Of a DNA stretch of 32,000 bases, positions 24,815-32,000 are shown piece by piece; position 1 is the first letter of the stretch, and each line of letters begins with the position of its first letter. Both the position numbers and the translations under genes were made by a program. The notes under the pieces are model-generated. The model was not told the origin of the DNA. It was given only the letters and a program-made list of their open reading frames with translations, and did not search any database. Source of the stretch: Pseudodesulfovibrio mercurii (GTDB lineage Bacteria; Desulfobacterota; Desulfovibrionia; Desulfovibrionales; Desulfovibrionaceae); NCBI RefSeq assembly GCF_000189295.2, contig NC_016803.1, forward strand, positions 3,330,001-3,362,000, read 5' to 3'.

Positions 24815-26716
24815 ATGATCAAAGATCCGAAACAGACAGCCATTCTGTCCAAGATACATAAGCCCGGCGACGTCCGCGCCCTGGAAGGGGACCAGATGGA
24901 CACCCTGGCCCAGGAGCTGCGCGACATCATCATCAGCCAGGTCTCGGCCCACGGCGGCCACCTGGCCCCGTCCCTGGGCGTGATCGAGCTGACGCTGGCC
25001 CTGTTCCGCTCCTTCGACCTGGAGCGCGACAAGCTGGTCTGGGACGTGGGGCATCAGGCCTACGCCCACAAGCTGCTCACCGGCCGGGCGGACGCCTTCG
25101 AGACCCTGCGCCAGAAGGGCGGCATCAGCGGGTTCCCGCGCATGGCCGAATCCCCCTACGACCATTTCGGCGTGGGCCACTCGTCCACCTCCATCTCGGC
25201 CGCCCTGGGCATGGCCATGGCCCGCGACCTCAAGGGCGAGGACCACGAGGTGGTGGCGGTCATCGGCGACGGCTCCCTGACCGCCGGGCTGGCCTTCGAG
25301 GGGCTGAACCAGGCGGGCGACCTGGGCCGCAAGATGGTCGTGGTCCTGAACGACAACGAGATGTCCATCTCCAAGAACGTGGGCGCCCTGTCCCAGTTCC
25401 TGAGCCGCAAGATGACCACCCCGTTCCTCCAGCGGCTCAAGTCCGACGTGGAGGGGCTGCTGGCGACCATCCCCAAGATCGGCGGCGACCTGGCCGGATA
25501 CGCCAAGCGGTACGGCGACTCGGTCAAATCCTTCTTCACCCCCGGCATTTTGTTCGAGGCCTTCCACTTCACCTACGTCGGGCCGCTGGACGGCCACGAC
25601 ACGGCCACCATGGTCAAGGTCTTCGAAGAGGTGAAGAAGCTGAACAAGCCGGTCCTGGTCCACGTCATGACCAAGAAGGGCAAGGGGTACGAGCCAGCCG
25701 AGTCCGACCCGTCCCACTACCACGGCGTGGGCGAGTTCATCCCCGAGACAGGTCTGGCGCGCAAGTTTTCCGGCTCGGGCCTGCCGTCCTACACCGCCAT
25801 CTTCGGGTCCACCCTGTGTTCGCTGGCGGCCAAGGACGACAAGATCATCGCCATCACCGCGGCCATGCCCGAGGGCACGGGCACGGAGTGCTTCGGCAAG
25901 AACTACCCGGACCGCTTCGTGGACGTGGGCATCTGCGAGCAGCACGCCGTGACTTTCGCCGCCGGACTGGCCACCCAGGGGTACAAGCCCGCCGTGGCCA
26001 TCTACTCGACCTTCATGCAGCGGGCCTACGACCAGATCGTGCACGACGTCTGCCTGCAGAACCTGAACGTGAATTTCTTCCTGGACCGGGGCGGCCTGGT
26101 GGGCGAGGACGGGGCCACGCACCACGGGGCCTTCGACATGAGCTACCTGCGCCACATCCCGAACCTGGTGGTCATGGCCCCCAAGGACGAGGCCGAACTG
26201 GCCCGGATGATGGTCACGGCCTTCGGGCACGACGGCCCATGCGCGGTCCGCTATCCTCGCGGCACCGGGGTCGGGGCCAAGGTCTCGGCCAACCCCAAGC
26301 CGATCGCCATCGGCCGGGGCGAACTCATGCGCGACGGCGAGGACGCGGTGGTCATCGCCATCGGCTCGCGGGTCTACCCGGCGGTGGAGGCGGCCATGGA
26401 GCTGGAGGAGGAGGGCGCGCTCAAGGCGGCGGTCTTCAACGCCCGGTTCGTCAAGCCCCTGGATGAGAAACGGATTCTGGAACTGGCCGGACGGTTCGAC
26501 CGCATCCTCCTGGTGGAGGAGAACGCCCTGGCCGGCGGGTTCGGTTCGGCCGTGCTGGAACTGCTGGCCGCGCACGACGCCCTGGACGGCAAGCACGTCC
26601 GGCAGCTCGGCCTCCCGGACGAGTTCGTGGAGCACGGCGCCCAGAAGGAGCTGCGCCACATGCTCGGCATCGACAAGGACGGCATCAAGCGGGCGCTCAA
26701 GACGCTCTGCGGGTAG
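24815..26716 (+). CDS. dxs: 1-deoxy-D-xylulose-5-phosphate synthase
   Basis: 633 aa. GGHLAPSLGVIELTLAL, WDVGHQAYAHKLLTGR, thiamine-diphosphate motif GDGSLTAGLAFEGLN...NDN, and the transketolase-like C-terminal domains. Confidence 0.95.
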   Translation: MIKDPKQTAILSKIHKPGDVRALEGDQMDTLAQELRDIIISQVSAHGGHLAPSLGVIELTLALFRSFDLERDKLVWDVGHQAYAHKLLTGRADAFETLRQKGGISGFPRMAESPYDHFGVGHSSTSISAALGMAMARDLKGEDHEVVAVIGDGSLTAGLAFEGLNQAGDLGRKMVVVLNDNEMSISKNVGALSQFLSRKMTTPFLQRLKSDVEGLLATIPKIGGDLAGYAKRYGDSVKSFFTPGILFEAFHFTYVGPLDGHDTATMVKVFEEVKKLNKPVLVHVMTKKGKGYEPAESDPSHYHGVGEFIPETGLARKFSGSGLPSYTAIFGSTLCSLAAKDDKIIAITAAMPEGTGTECFGKNYPDRFVDVGICEQHAVTFAAGLATQGYKPAVAIYSTFMQRAYDQIVHDVCLQNLNVNFFLDRGGLVGEDGATHHGAFDMSYLRHIPNLVVMAPKDEAELARMMVTAFGHDGPCAVRYPRGTGVGAKVSANPKPIAIGRGELMRDGEDAVVIAIGSRVYPAVEAAMELEEEGALKAAVFNARFVKPLDEKRILELAGRFDRILLVEENALAGGFGSAVLELLAAHDALDGKHVRQLGLPDEFVEHGAQKELRHMLGIDKDGIKRALKTLCG

Positions 26717-26718
26717 CG

Positions 26719-27618
26719 ATGGCCGCCCGCGACACGCTCCCGACCGGGACCGGCCCCGAGACGCGGCCGAAGCGGTACCTGCGCGGCGTGTCCGGCCTGC
26801 GCCGCCGCAGAGGGGTCTGCAAGGCCGCACCTGGATTCTTCATTCCCTACCGCTGGGCCGGTGACCTTGCGCCCTTCACCGAGGGCGACCGGTACGAATG
26901 GCTCAAGACGGCCTGGGACGCGGACCGCGCCCCGTTTAAAGCGACCCTCTCCCTGATCGAAAAGCACCTGGACCGGCTGGCGCAATTCGCCGTGGCCGAC
27001 CCGGACGACGTGGACCGACCGCGTTTCGACCAGAGCTGGTTTCCCGGCCTGGACGGGGCGGCCGCCTATGCCCTGGTGCGCGAGCTTGCGCCCGCCCGGA
27101 TCATCGAGATCGGCTCGGGCCACTCCACGCGGTTCATGGCCAGGGCCATCCGCGACGGCGGGCTTTCGACCCGGTTCACGTCCATCGACCCGGAGCCCAG
27201 GCGGCGCATCGACCACCTCTGCGACCGGGTGGTCCGGACCACCCTGGACCAGGCGGACCCGGCCCTGTTCGGGACGCTTGCGGCGAACGACATCCTGTTT
27301 TTCGACGGCAGCCACATCGGCATGCCCGGCTCGGACGCGGACACCCTGTTCAACCGGGTTCTGCCCACCCTGGCCGCCGGGGTGCGGGTGCACGTCCACG
27401 ACATCTTCCTGCCCAACGGCTACCCGGACATCTGGCGCTGGCGCGGCTACAACGAGCAGCTCCTGGCCGCGTCCCTGCTGGCCGGGGGCGACCGTTTCCG
27501 GGCGTGCTTCGCCTCGGCCTACGTGCGCCGATACATGCCCCAGGCCGTGGCGGGCTGGCCCATCCCCCTCCCGGACCAGGCCTTCGAGGCCTCCCTCTGG
27601 CTGGAAAAGACCGCCTGA
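26719..27618 (+). CDS. Class I SAM-dependent methyltransferase (Methyltransf_24/TylF-CmcI-like, tentative)
   Basis: The ATG is 2 nt after the dxs stop. SAM motif I IIEIGSGHST, then IDPEP and ILFFDGSHIG...VHVHDIF blocks. The Arg-rich N-terminal ~45 aa mean the true start is uncertain. Confidence 0.6.
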   Translation: MAARDTLPTGTGPETRPKRYLRGVSGLRRRRGVCKAAPGFFIPYRWAGDLAPFTEGDRYEWLKTAWDADRAPFKATLSLIEKHLDRLAQFAVADPDDVDRPRFDQSWFPGLDGAAAYALVRELAPARIIEIGSGHSTRFMARAIRDGGLSTRFTSIDPEPRRRIDHLCDRVVRTTLDQADPALFGTLAANDILFFDGSHIGMPGSDADTLFNRVLPTLAAGVRVHVHDIFLPNGYPDIWRWRGYNEQLLAASLLAGGDRFRACFASAYVRRYMPQAVAGWPIPLPDQAFEASLWLEKTA

Positions 27619-27736
27619 TCCCGCTCTCCGCCCATCGGACGCAAGGGAAGACGGACCGCGCACGGGCTCGGCCCGGCGGCTTGTCGCGCGCCCCGCGATG
27701 GGCGCAGAGGTTCGGGAAGGGTGAGGAGAGGTGAGC

Positions 27737-27792
27737 CCGGAGGAAAGGGAGGGGCGAGCCGCTAGGCGGCGTTCCCGCTCCCCCTCCTCCGG
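27737..27792. repeat. Imperfect polypurine/polypyrimidine hairpin immediately 3' of ychJ
   Basis: ccggagga (27737-27744) pairs with tcctccgg (27785-27792), and gccgc (27758-27762) pairs with gcggc (27766-27770) around loop tag. The middle of the stem is imperfect. Composition and 3' flank (ccggccgcc) resemble the 20226-20280 element. Confidence 0.4.
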
Positions 27793-27802
27793 CCGCCGCG
27801 CG

Positions 27803-28291
27803 CTAGCGCCCGCAGCATTTCTTGTATTTCTTGCCCGAGCCGCAGGGACAGGGCTCGTTGCGTCCGATCTTGGGTTCCTTGCGGATGGGCGGTCCGGCGA
27901 CCATCTGGCCGTCCACGTAGAGCCACTTGCCGTCCATGAAGTGGAACCGGCTGCGCTCGCGGTGCTTCTGGTTCTCGCCGTCGATGGCGTATTCGGCGGT
28001 GAACTCCACGATGCCCGCCTCGTCGCCTTGAAGGCCCGCCCAGGTGTCGTGGATGGTCAGGCCCAGCCACTCGGCGGTCTCGGCCCACTTGCGCACGGAC
28101 TCCTCGTCGTGGTCGGTCTGGGCCTCGGGCGCGAGGGTCGCCTTGAGGTAGTCGAGTTCCTTGAGCACGTAGGCGGTGTAGCGCGAGCGCATGACCGCTT
28201 CGGCGGTGGGGGCCACGGCCTCACCGGAGATATAGGGGCCGCAGCACTTGGCCAGTTCCAGGCCGGAGCCGCAGGGACATTCTTGAGACAT
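27803..28291 (-). CDS. ychJ: YchJ-family protein (UPF0225) with SEC-C metal-binding motifs at both termini
   Basis: Starts [20 protein letters not shown] at ATG 28291 and ends [20 protein letters not shown]. It is collinear with E. coli YchJ as I remember it. The listed ORF start at 28594 is an upstream extension. Confidence 0.85.
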   Translation of the reverse strand: MSQECPCGSGLELAKCCGPYISGEAVAPTAEAVMRSRYTAYVLKELDYLKATLAPEAQTDHDEESVRKWAETAEWLGLTIHDTWAGLQGDEAGIVEFTAEYAIDGENQKHRERSRFHFMDGKWLYVDGQMVAGPPIRKEPKIGRNEPCPCGSGKKYKKCCGR

Positions 28292-28394
28292 GGGATACCT
28301 CGCTTGGTTTTGGTCTGCGGATTGTAGAGAAAACCGCCCGGCTGTCAATGAGTAAGCGCTTGCCCCGCGCGGCCGGGCGTGGCACCCTGCGGGC

Positions 28395-28820
28395 ATGCTC
28401 CGCATCACCGAAACCGTCTCCATCCCCGAGAGCGAGCTGCGCTTCACCGCCTGCCGCAGCTCCGGCCCCGGGGGCCAGCACGTCAACACCACGGACACGC
28501 GGGTGACGCTGCTCTTCGACGTGGAGGGCTCCCCCAGCCTGACCGAGTTGCAGAAGGTGGTGGTCCAGGGCAAGCTCAGGCGCCGCATGGACAAGCGCGG
28601 CGTGCTCCAGGTGACCAGTCAGGTCTACCGCAGCCAGAAGACCAACCGAGAATCCGCCGTGGACCGGTTCGTGGAGCTCATGCAGTGGGCGCTCACGCCC
28701 GTGGCCCCGCGCAAGGAGACCCGCGTGCCCCGCTCGGCCAAGCGCAGGCGGCTGGAGCGCAAGCAACGCACGGCCCAGCGCAAGCGCGACCGCAGGACCC
28801 CCGACATCTCCGACTACTAG
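28395..28820 (+). CDS. arfB: Alternative ribosome-rescue factor ArfB (peptidyl-tRNA hydrolase, YaeJ family)
   Basis: 141 aa. The GGQ motif sits in [14 protein letters not shown], and the C-terminal tail is basic ([19 protein letters not shown]). Confidence 0.9.
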   Translation: MLRITETVSIPESELRFTACRSSGPGGQHVNTTDTRVTLLFDVEGSPSLTELQKVVVQGKLRRRMDKRGVLQVTSQVYRSQKTNRESAVDRFVELMQWALTPVAPRKETRVPRSAKRRRLERKQRTAQRKRDRRTPDISDY

Positions 28821-29809
28821 ACCCTGCCCAGGGCGGCCCGCAGGTAGCCCTCGCCGAGCGGCATGTCCGCGTAGGCCTCGGCCAGGTGCAGGTACATGAC
28901 CTTCAGGTATTTTGCCCGGATGCGCGCCGCGTCCGCGCGCCGCTTGGCCACGGTCTCGGGCGTGACGGCGTCCATGGCCGCGAGCAGGGTCTTGGCGCGG
29001 TGGCGCGCCCGGTGGCGGGCCTCGATCTCGGCGTATCCCGCGCGGCCGATGGCCTCGCAGCGCGCGGGGTCGGCCAGCAGTTCGCAGACGATGCGCACCA
29101 GCTCGTCCATGTCGTCGGGCGGGTAGGTGACCAGGTGCACCCCGTCCGTGAACAGCCGTTCCTGGCCGTGGCCGATGGCGGGGGTGACCAGGCAGGCCCC
29201 GGTGGCCAGGGCCTCGAAGACCCGGAAGTTGAGGTCCCCGCGCTCGGCGATGTTCAGGACCACGCGCGCCCTGGGGAAGAGTTCGCCGAACTCGCCTTTG
29301 GTCACGTGGAGGTTGGGCAGCCGGGCCTTGAGCTCCTTGAGAAATTCATGGCGCACGGGCGTGGTCTCGGGATTCACGGTGCCCACGAAGAGCAGGTCCC
29401 ACTCCTTGGCCGGGGGCGGCTCGGGCGGGCGCTCGTCGCGCAGGGGATAGGGCGGCAGCCAGAGGACCTGGTCGTCCGCGAGCCGCCGCCGGAAGCGGGG
29501 CATGTGATCGCGCAGGGACACGGCCACCAGGTCGAAGGCCTGGGCGTAGATCGGGTACCAGGAGTGGATGTGCGAGTCGATGGCGTAGAAGGCCGTGGCG
29601 CAGGGATAGGACTCCACGCCCAGGAGCGGCGGCGGGATGGACCGGTCCGCGTAGAGGACGATGTCCGGCGCGCCTTCGCAGCGTTCGACGATGTCCGTCC
29701 AGGTCAGGAGTTCCGGCCCGGCCAGGGGGATGTTGACGATCTCGAACCCCGCGTCCCGGGTGTGTTGCGGCCGGAAATAGTAGCCGCCGATCCAGGCGAT
29801 GCGCTTCAC
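28817..29809 (-). CDS. CgeB-like glycosyltransferase (Glyco_trans_1_2-type C-terminal domain)
   Basis: [10 protein letters not shown]...[30 protein letters not shown]...[11 protein letters not shown]...[23 protein letters not shown] matches the CgeB/spore-maturation-type GT pattern from memory. It starts 4 nt downstream of the stop of the upstream gene. Confidence 0.6.
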   Translation of the reverse strand: MKRIAWIGGYYFRPQHTRDAGFEIVNIPLAGPELLTWTDIVERCEGAPDIVLYADRSIPPPLLGVESYPCATAFYAIDSHIHSWYPIYAQAFDLVAVSLRDHMPRFRRRLADDQVLWLPPYPLRDERPPEPPPAKEWDLLFVGTVNPETTPVRHEFLKELKARLPNLHVTKGEFGELFPRARVVLNIAERGDLNFRVFEALATGACLVTPAIGHGQERLFTDGVHLVTYPPDDMDELVRIVCELLADPARCEAIGRAGYAEIEARHRARHRAKTLLAAMDAVTPETVAKRRADAARIRAKYLKVMYLHLAEAYADMPLGEGYLRAALGRV

Positions 29810-29812
29810 GGA

Positions 29813-31030
29813 CTAGGCCTCCCGACGGGCCATGTGCAGGATGCGCCTGGGGCCGATGCACGACTGCTGGCGGTGGGACGGGATGTTCCGCCGGAGCTTG
29901 AATCCCTGGCGCGTGGCCTCGGCGATGATCACCGGCAGCTGGTCCTCGCCCACTTCCAGAATGCATTCGTTGCAGTGGGCGAACATGATCGCCGTGGTCA
30001 GCTCGAACTTGCCCGTGCGGTGCAGGACGTTCAGGGCCAGGATGATGTCGTACTTCCGCTGCAGCGGGGTGGTGATGTCGTAGACCATGAAGTGGCAGGC
30101 CGAACCCTTGGCCGAGGCCAGGTAGTTGGCCAGGTCCACGGCCCCACGGTCCATGTCCAGGCCCACCCCGGCCGCGCCCAGCTCCTCGGCCTTGAAGGTG
30201 TAGTAGCCGTGCATGCAGCCGTAGTCGCACAGGGTCTTGCCCGCGAAGTCCACGCCGAGCTTGAGGATGTTCTCCCAGGCCAGGCCGGACTGGGTGAAGC
30301 CGGGCACCAGGGTGCGGCCCCGGTACTCGATGGTCTGGTAAAAGGGGTTGAAGGAGTCGGCCTCGGCGATGGCCTTGAAGACCGGGCGGTCGGCCTCGGG
30401 CACGCCGGGATGCGCGGCGTCGCGGTGCGCCTCGGCCCAGCGGATGATGTCGTCCGTGTCCGCGACCACGGCGTAGCCCTTCAGGACCGGTTCGAGGGTC
30501 TCGCAGAACGGGGTCCCGGCCGGGATGGGCCTGCCCGCGCGGAGGGCCTCCTTGGTCTTGCGCACCCGGCGCAGGGCGAAGCGCTCCATGCGCACGTCGC
30601 GCGAGGGGTTGAGGTAGAAGGGCCGGACCACGGTGAAGGGCGAGTAGATGTCGTCCAGGGCGTCCAGGAAGGCCTGGTGGATGTGCGGGTGGCTGACGCG
30701 GCAGCCTTCGAGCACGAGGTCGCGGAACCGGCGCGGGCGCAGCTGTCGGACGAAGAGGTCCTTGAAATCCTTGTAGGTCTCCGGTCGACGCACGGTCTCG
30801 ATGTCCCCGCCGTAGCGGGCCGCCACCTCGGGCGTGAAGGCGTCCAGGCGCAGCAGGTCGTAGCCCAGGTCCCCGGCCAGTTGCTTTGCCGCGTGGCTCT
30901 TGCCCGCCGCGGGCGGCCCGGCGATGAGGATGACCTTGGGGCTGAAGCGGTAGATTCGTCCCGGCGCGGCCTGGGCGGCGGTGGGTTCGGCGACCGAGGC
31001 GGCGGCAGGGGTGGCGTTCGACTCTCTCAT
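29813..31030 (-). CDS. Fusion protein: N-terminal P-loop kinase-like domain plus C-terminal CmoB/DUF1698-like class I SAM methyltransferase
   Basis: Starts MRESNATP at ATG 31030; the listed ORF starts at 31072. Walker A ILIAGPPAAGKSHAAK. The C-terminal half, FYQTIEYRGRTLVPGFTQSGLAWENI...FAGKTLCDYGCMHGYYTF...GVGLDMD...DIILALNVLHR, resembles the CmoB-type methyltransferase core. Confidence 0.6.
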   Translation of the reverse strand: MRESNATPAAASVAEPTAAQAAPGRIYRFSPKVILIAGPPAAGKSHAAKQLAGDLGYDLLRLDAFTPEVAARYGGDIETVRRPETYKDFKDLFVRQLRPRRFRDLVLEGCRVSHPHIHQAFLDALDDIYSPFTVVRPFYLNPSRDVRMERFALRRVRKTKEALRAGRPIPAGTPFCETLEPVLKGYAVVADTDDIIRWAEAHRDAAHPGVPEADRPVFKAIAEADSFNPFYQTIEYRGRTLVPGFTQSGLAWENILKLGVDFAGKTLCDYGCMHGYYTFKAEELGAAGVGLDMDRGAVDLANYLASAKGSACHFMVYDITTPLQRKYDIILALNVLHRTGKFELTTAIMFAHCNECILEVGEDQLPVIIAEATRQGFKLRRNIPSHRQQSCIGPRRILHMARREA

Positions 31031-31170
31031 GGCATATCCAATGTAATCAAATTGTTGCAGGTCGTGACGCAAGACGGCCCGTCAGAAAAACGGCGGATCA
31101 AGGGCATGAATTGCCCGCCTGGGGCAAAATTGCACGATACATGCCAAGGGGAACCCCGGCGCGAGGGAGG

Positions 31171-31785
31171 CTAGGTCAGGCCGAGTTCTTCCAGGGCCAG
31201 GTACAGCTCGCGGCTGATCCAGGCGTCGGTGGCGGCGTAGAGAACCTGCTGCCGGGAGAGTTTGTCCTTGGCCCAGTTGGAGCATTGGGCGGACTTGGAG
31301 ATGCGGAAGCCGAGCAGGTTGGCGGCCATGTTGCGCAGGCCGTGGGTCTGGAGGTTGTACTTGGCCGTGATGGACGAGAGGTCCACGAAGCCGCTCGGCT
31401 TGAACCGGGCGTGCTTCTGCAGGCCGAGGATGTCGTCGCGCACGGCCACGCCGGTCTTGAGGATGCGCCGGTTGGCCAGGATGTCGCAGACCCCCTTGTC
31501 CAGGGGCAGGACGCCCAGCTGGAAGACGTAGGCGCATTCGGCTGTGGCCAGCTGGAGCAGGGACGGCGGTCCGGGCTTCTTGCCCTTCTTGAACACGGGC
31601 CGGGTTTCGGTGTCGAAGCCGAGCAGGGAGGAGGCGCGCATGCCGGACAGGGCCTGTTCGAGATCGGATTCGGTGCGGACGACCAGAATGTTCCCCTCGT
31701 AGTGGCGCAGGGGCATGTCGTTGATCTCCGCCTTGGTGATTGCGCGGAGGTACTGTTGCGGGATGTCGAGGCTGTCCGTGGTCAT
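31171..31785 (-). CDS. DEDD-family 3'-5' exonuclease domain protein (RNase D / WRN-exonuclease-like)
   Basis: ExoI LLGFDTETRP, ExoII KTGVAVRDDILGL, ExoIII VLYAATDAWISRELY (the Y-x3-D motif of the DEDDy subgroup). 204 aa, single domain. Confidence 0.8.
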   Translation of the reverse strand: MTTDSLDIPQQYLRAITKAEINDMPLRHYEGNILVVRTESDLEQALSGMRASSLLGFDTETRPVFKKGKKPGPPSLLQLATAECAYVFQLGVLPLDKGVCDILANRRILKTGVAVRDDILGLQKHARFKPSGFVDLSSITAKYNLQTHGLRNMAANLLGFRISKSAQCSNWAKDKLSRQQVLYAATDAWISRELYLALEELGLT

Positions 31786-31857
31786 GAAATGTACTTGTGC
31801 GTTAGAAAGTTTGAGGGATCGTTGTACATTCCCGCAAATTCGTCAAGCACAAGGTGA

Positions 31858-31899
31858 CGCGCCCGCCCGGAAGAGAGCCGGACGGGCGCGTTTTTTTTT
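31858..31899 (+). terminator. Canonical intrinsic terminator on the + strand with no upstream + strand CDS
   Basis: Stem cgcgcccgcccgg / ccggacgggcgcg (13 bp, one C-A mismatch), loop aagagag, then T9 (31891-31899). Confidence 0.6.
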
Positions 31900-31902
31900 C
31901 GT

Positions 31903-32000
31903 CCTATTCGAAACGGAGCGCGTTTCTCGTGCAGGGGGTGCTGTTTTTGCGCCACCAGTAGGCCCCGCCGCAGGCATCCGTGGCCGGGATCAACCCGGGG
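31903..32000 (-). CDS. Possible 3' end of a minus-strand CDS running off the window (unknown product)
   Basis: The minus-strand frame is open from the window edge to a TAG at 31905-31903 (…PGLIPATDACGGAYWWRKNSTPCTRNALRFE*), with strongly G/C-biased third positions like the real genes here. It is too short to identify. Confidence 0.3.

Noticed and set aside
31111-31857. 248-aa + strand ORF as the gene served by the + strand terminator at 31858-31899.
   Set aside because: It lies exactly antisense to the exonuclease gene, which has clear ExoI-III motifs, and its own translation is Gly/Ala/Val/Leu-rich with no motif. It looks like a shadow ORF.
1-32000. A defence island, mobile element, prophage or secondary-metabolite cluster.
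   Set aside because: Scanning all ORFs on both strands, I saw no transposase, integrase, recombinase, Cas, restriction-modification, toxin-antitoxin, reverse-transcriptase or phage-structural signatures. There is also no compositional island apart from two short AT-rich promoter regions.

Overview
High-GC (~64%) chromosomal segment whose gene content suggests a Desulfovibrionaceae-type sulfate reducer (inference). About 36 CDSs and one tRNA fill almost all of the window, and the long ORFs lying antisense to them look like GC-driven shadow ORFs. Left to right: a peptidoglycan-remodelling trio (L,D-transpeptidase-fold protein, membrane coiled-coil protein, Csd4/Pgp1-like M99 carboxypeptidase); a zinc-ribbon membrane protein; a PAP2 phosphatase; a D-2-hydroxyacid dehydrogenase; tRNA-Arg(ACG); a divergent pair of a PNPOx-like flavoprotein and a CysH-like PAPS/APS reductase homologue; a complete energy-converting [NiFe] hydrogenase operon echABCDEF; a convergent FecBCD-type ABC importer plus FmdE-domain protein; ispG-proS; a LysE exporter; an xseA / M23 / M23 / xseB / ispA / dxs / methyltransferase gene string; ychJ; arfB; a P-loop kinase-methyltransferase fusion with a CgeB-like glycosyltransferase; and a DEDD 3'-5' exonuclease. 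I found no CRISPR array, IS element, integrase, restriction-modification or toxin-antitoxin pair, and no convincing defence island. The observations most worth follow-up are: (1) a Helicobacter/Campylobacter-style cell-shape peptidoglycan-trimming module, apparently undescribed in sulfate reducers as far as I recall; (2) a lysine/alanine/proline/glutamate repeat tail on EchF, encoded by a 12-nt tandem repeat; (3) a Fe-S-type CysH homologue lacking the catalytic C-terminal cysteine; (4) the kinase-methyltransferase plus glycosyltransferase operon; (5) several unusual palindromes and hairpins, including an orphan terminator. All functional calls rest on motif recognition by eye and no searches were run.
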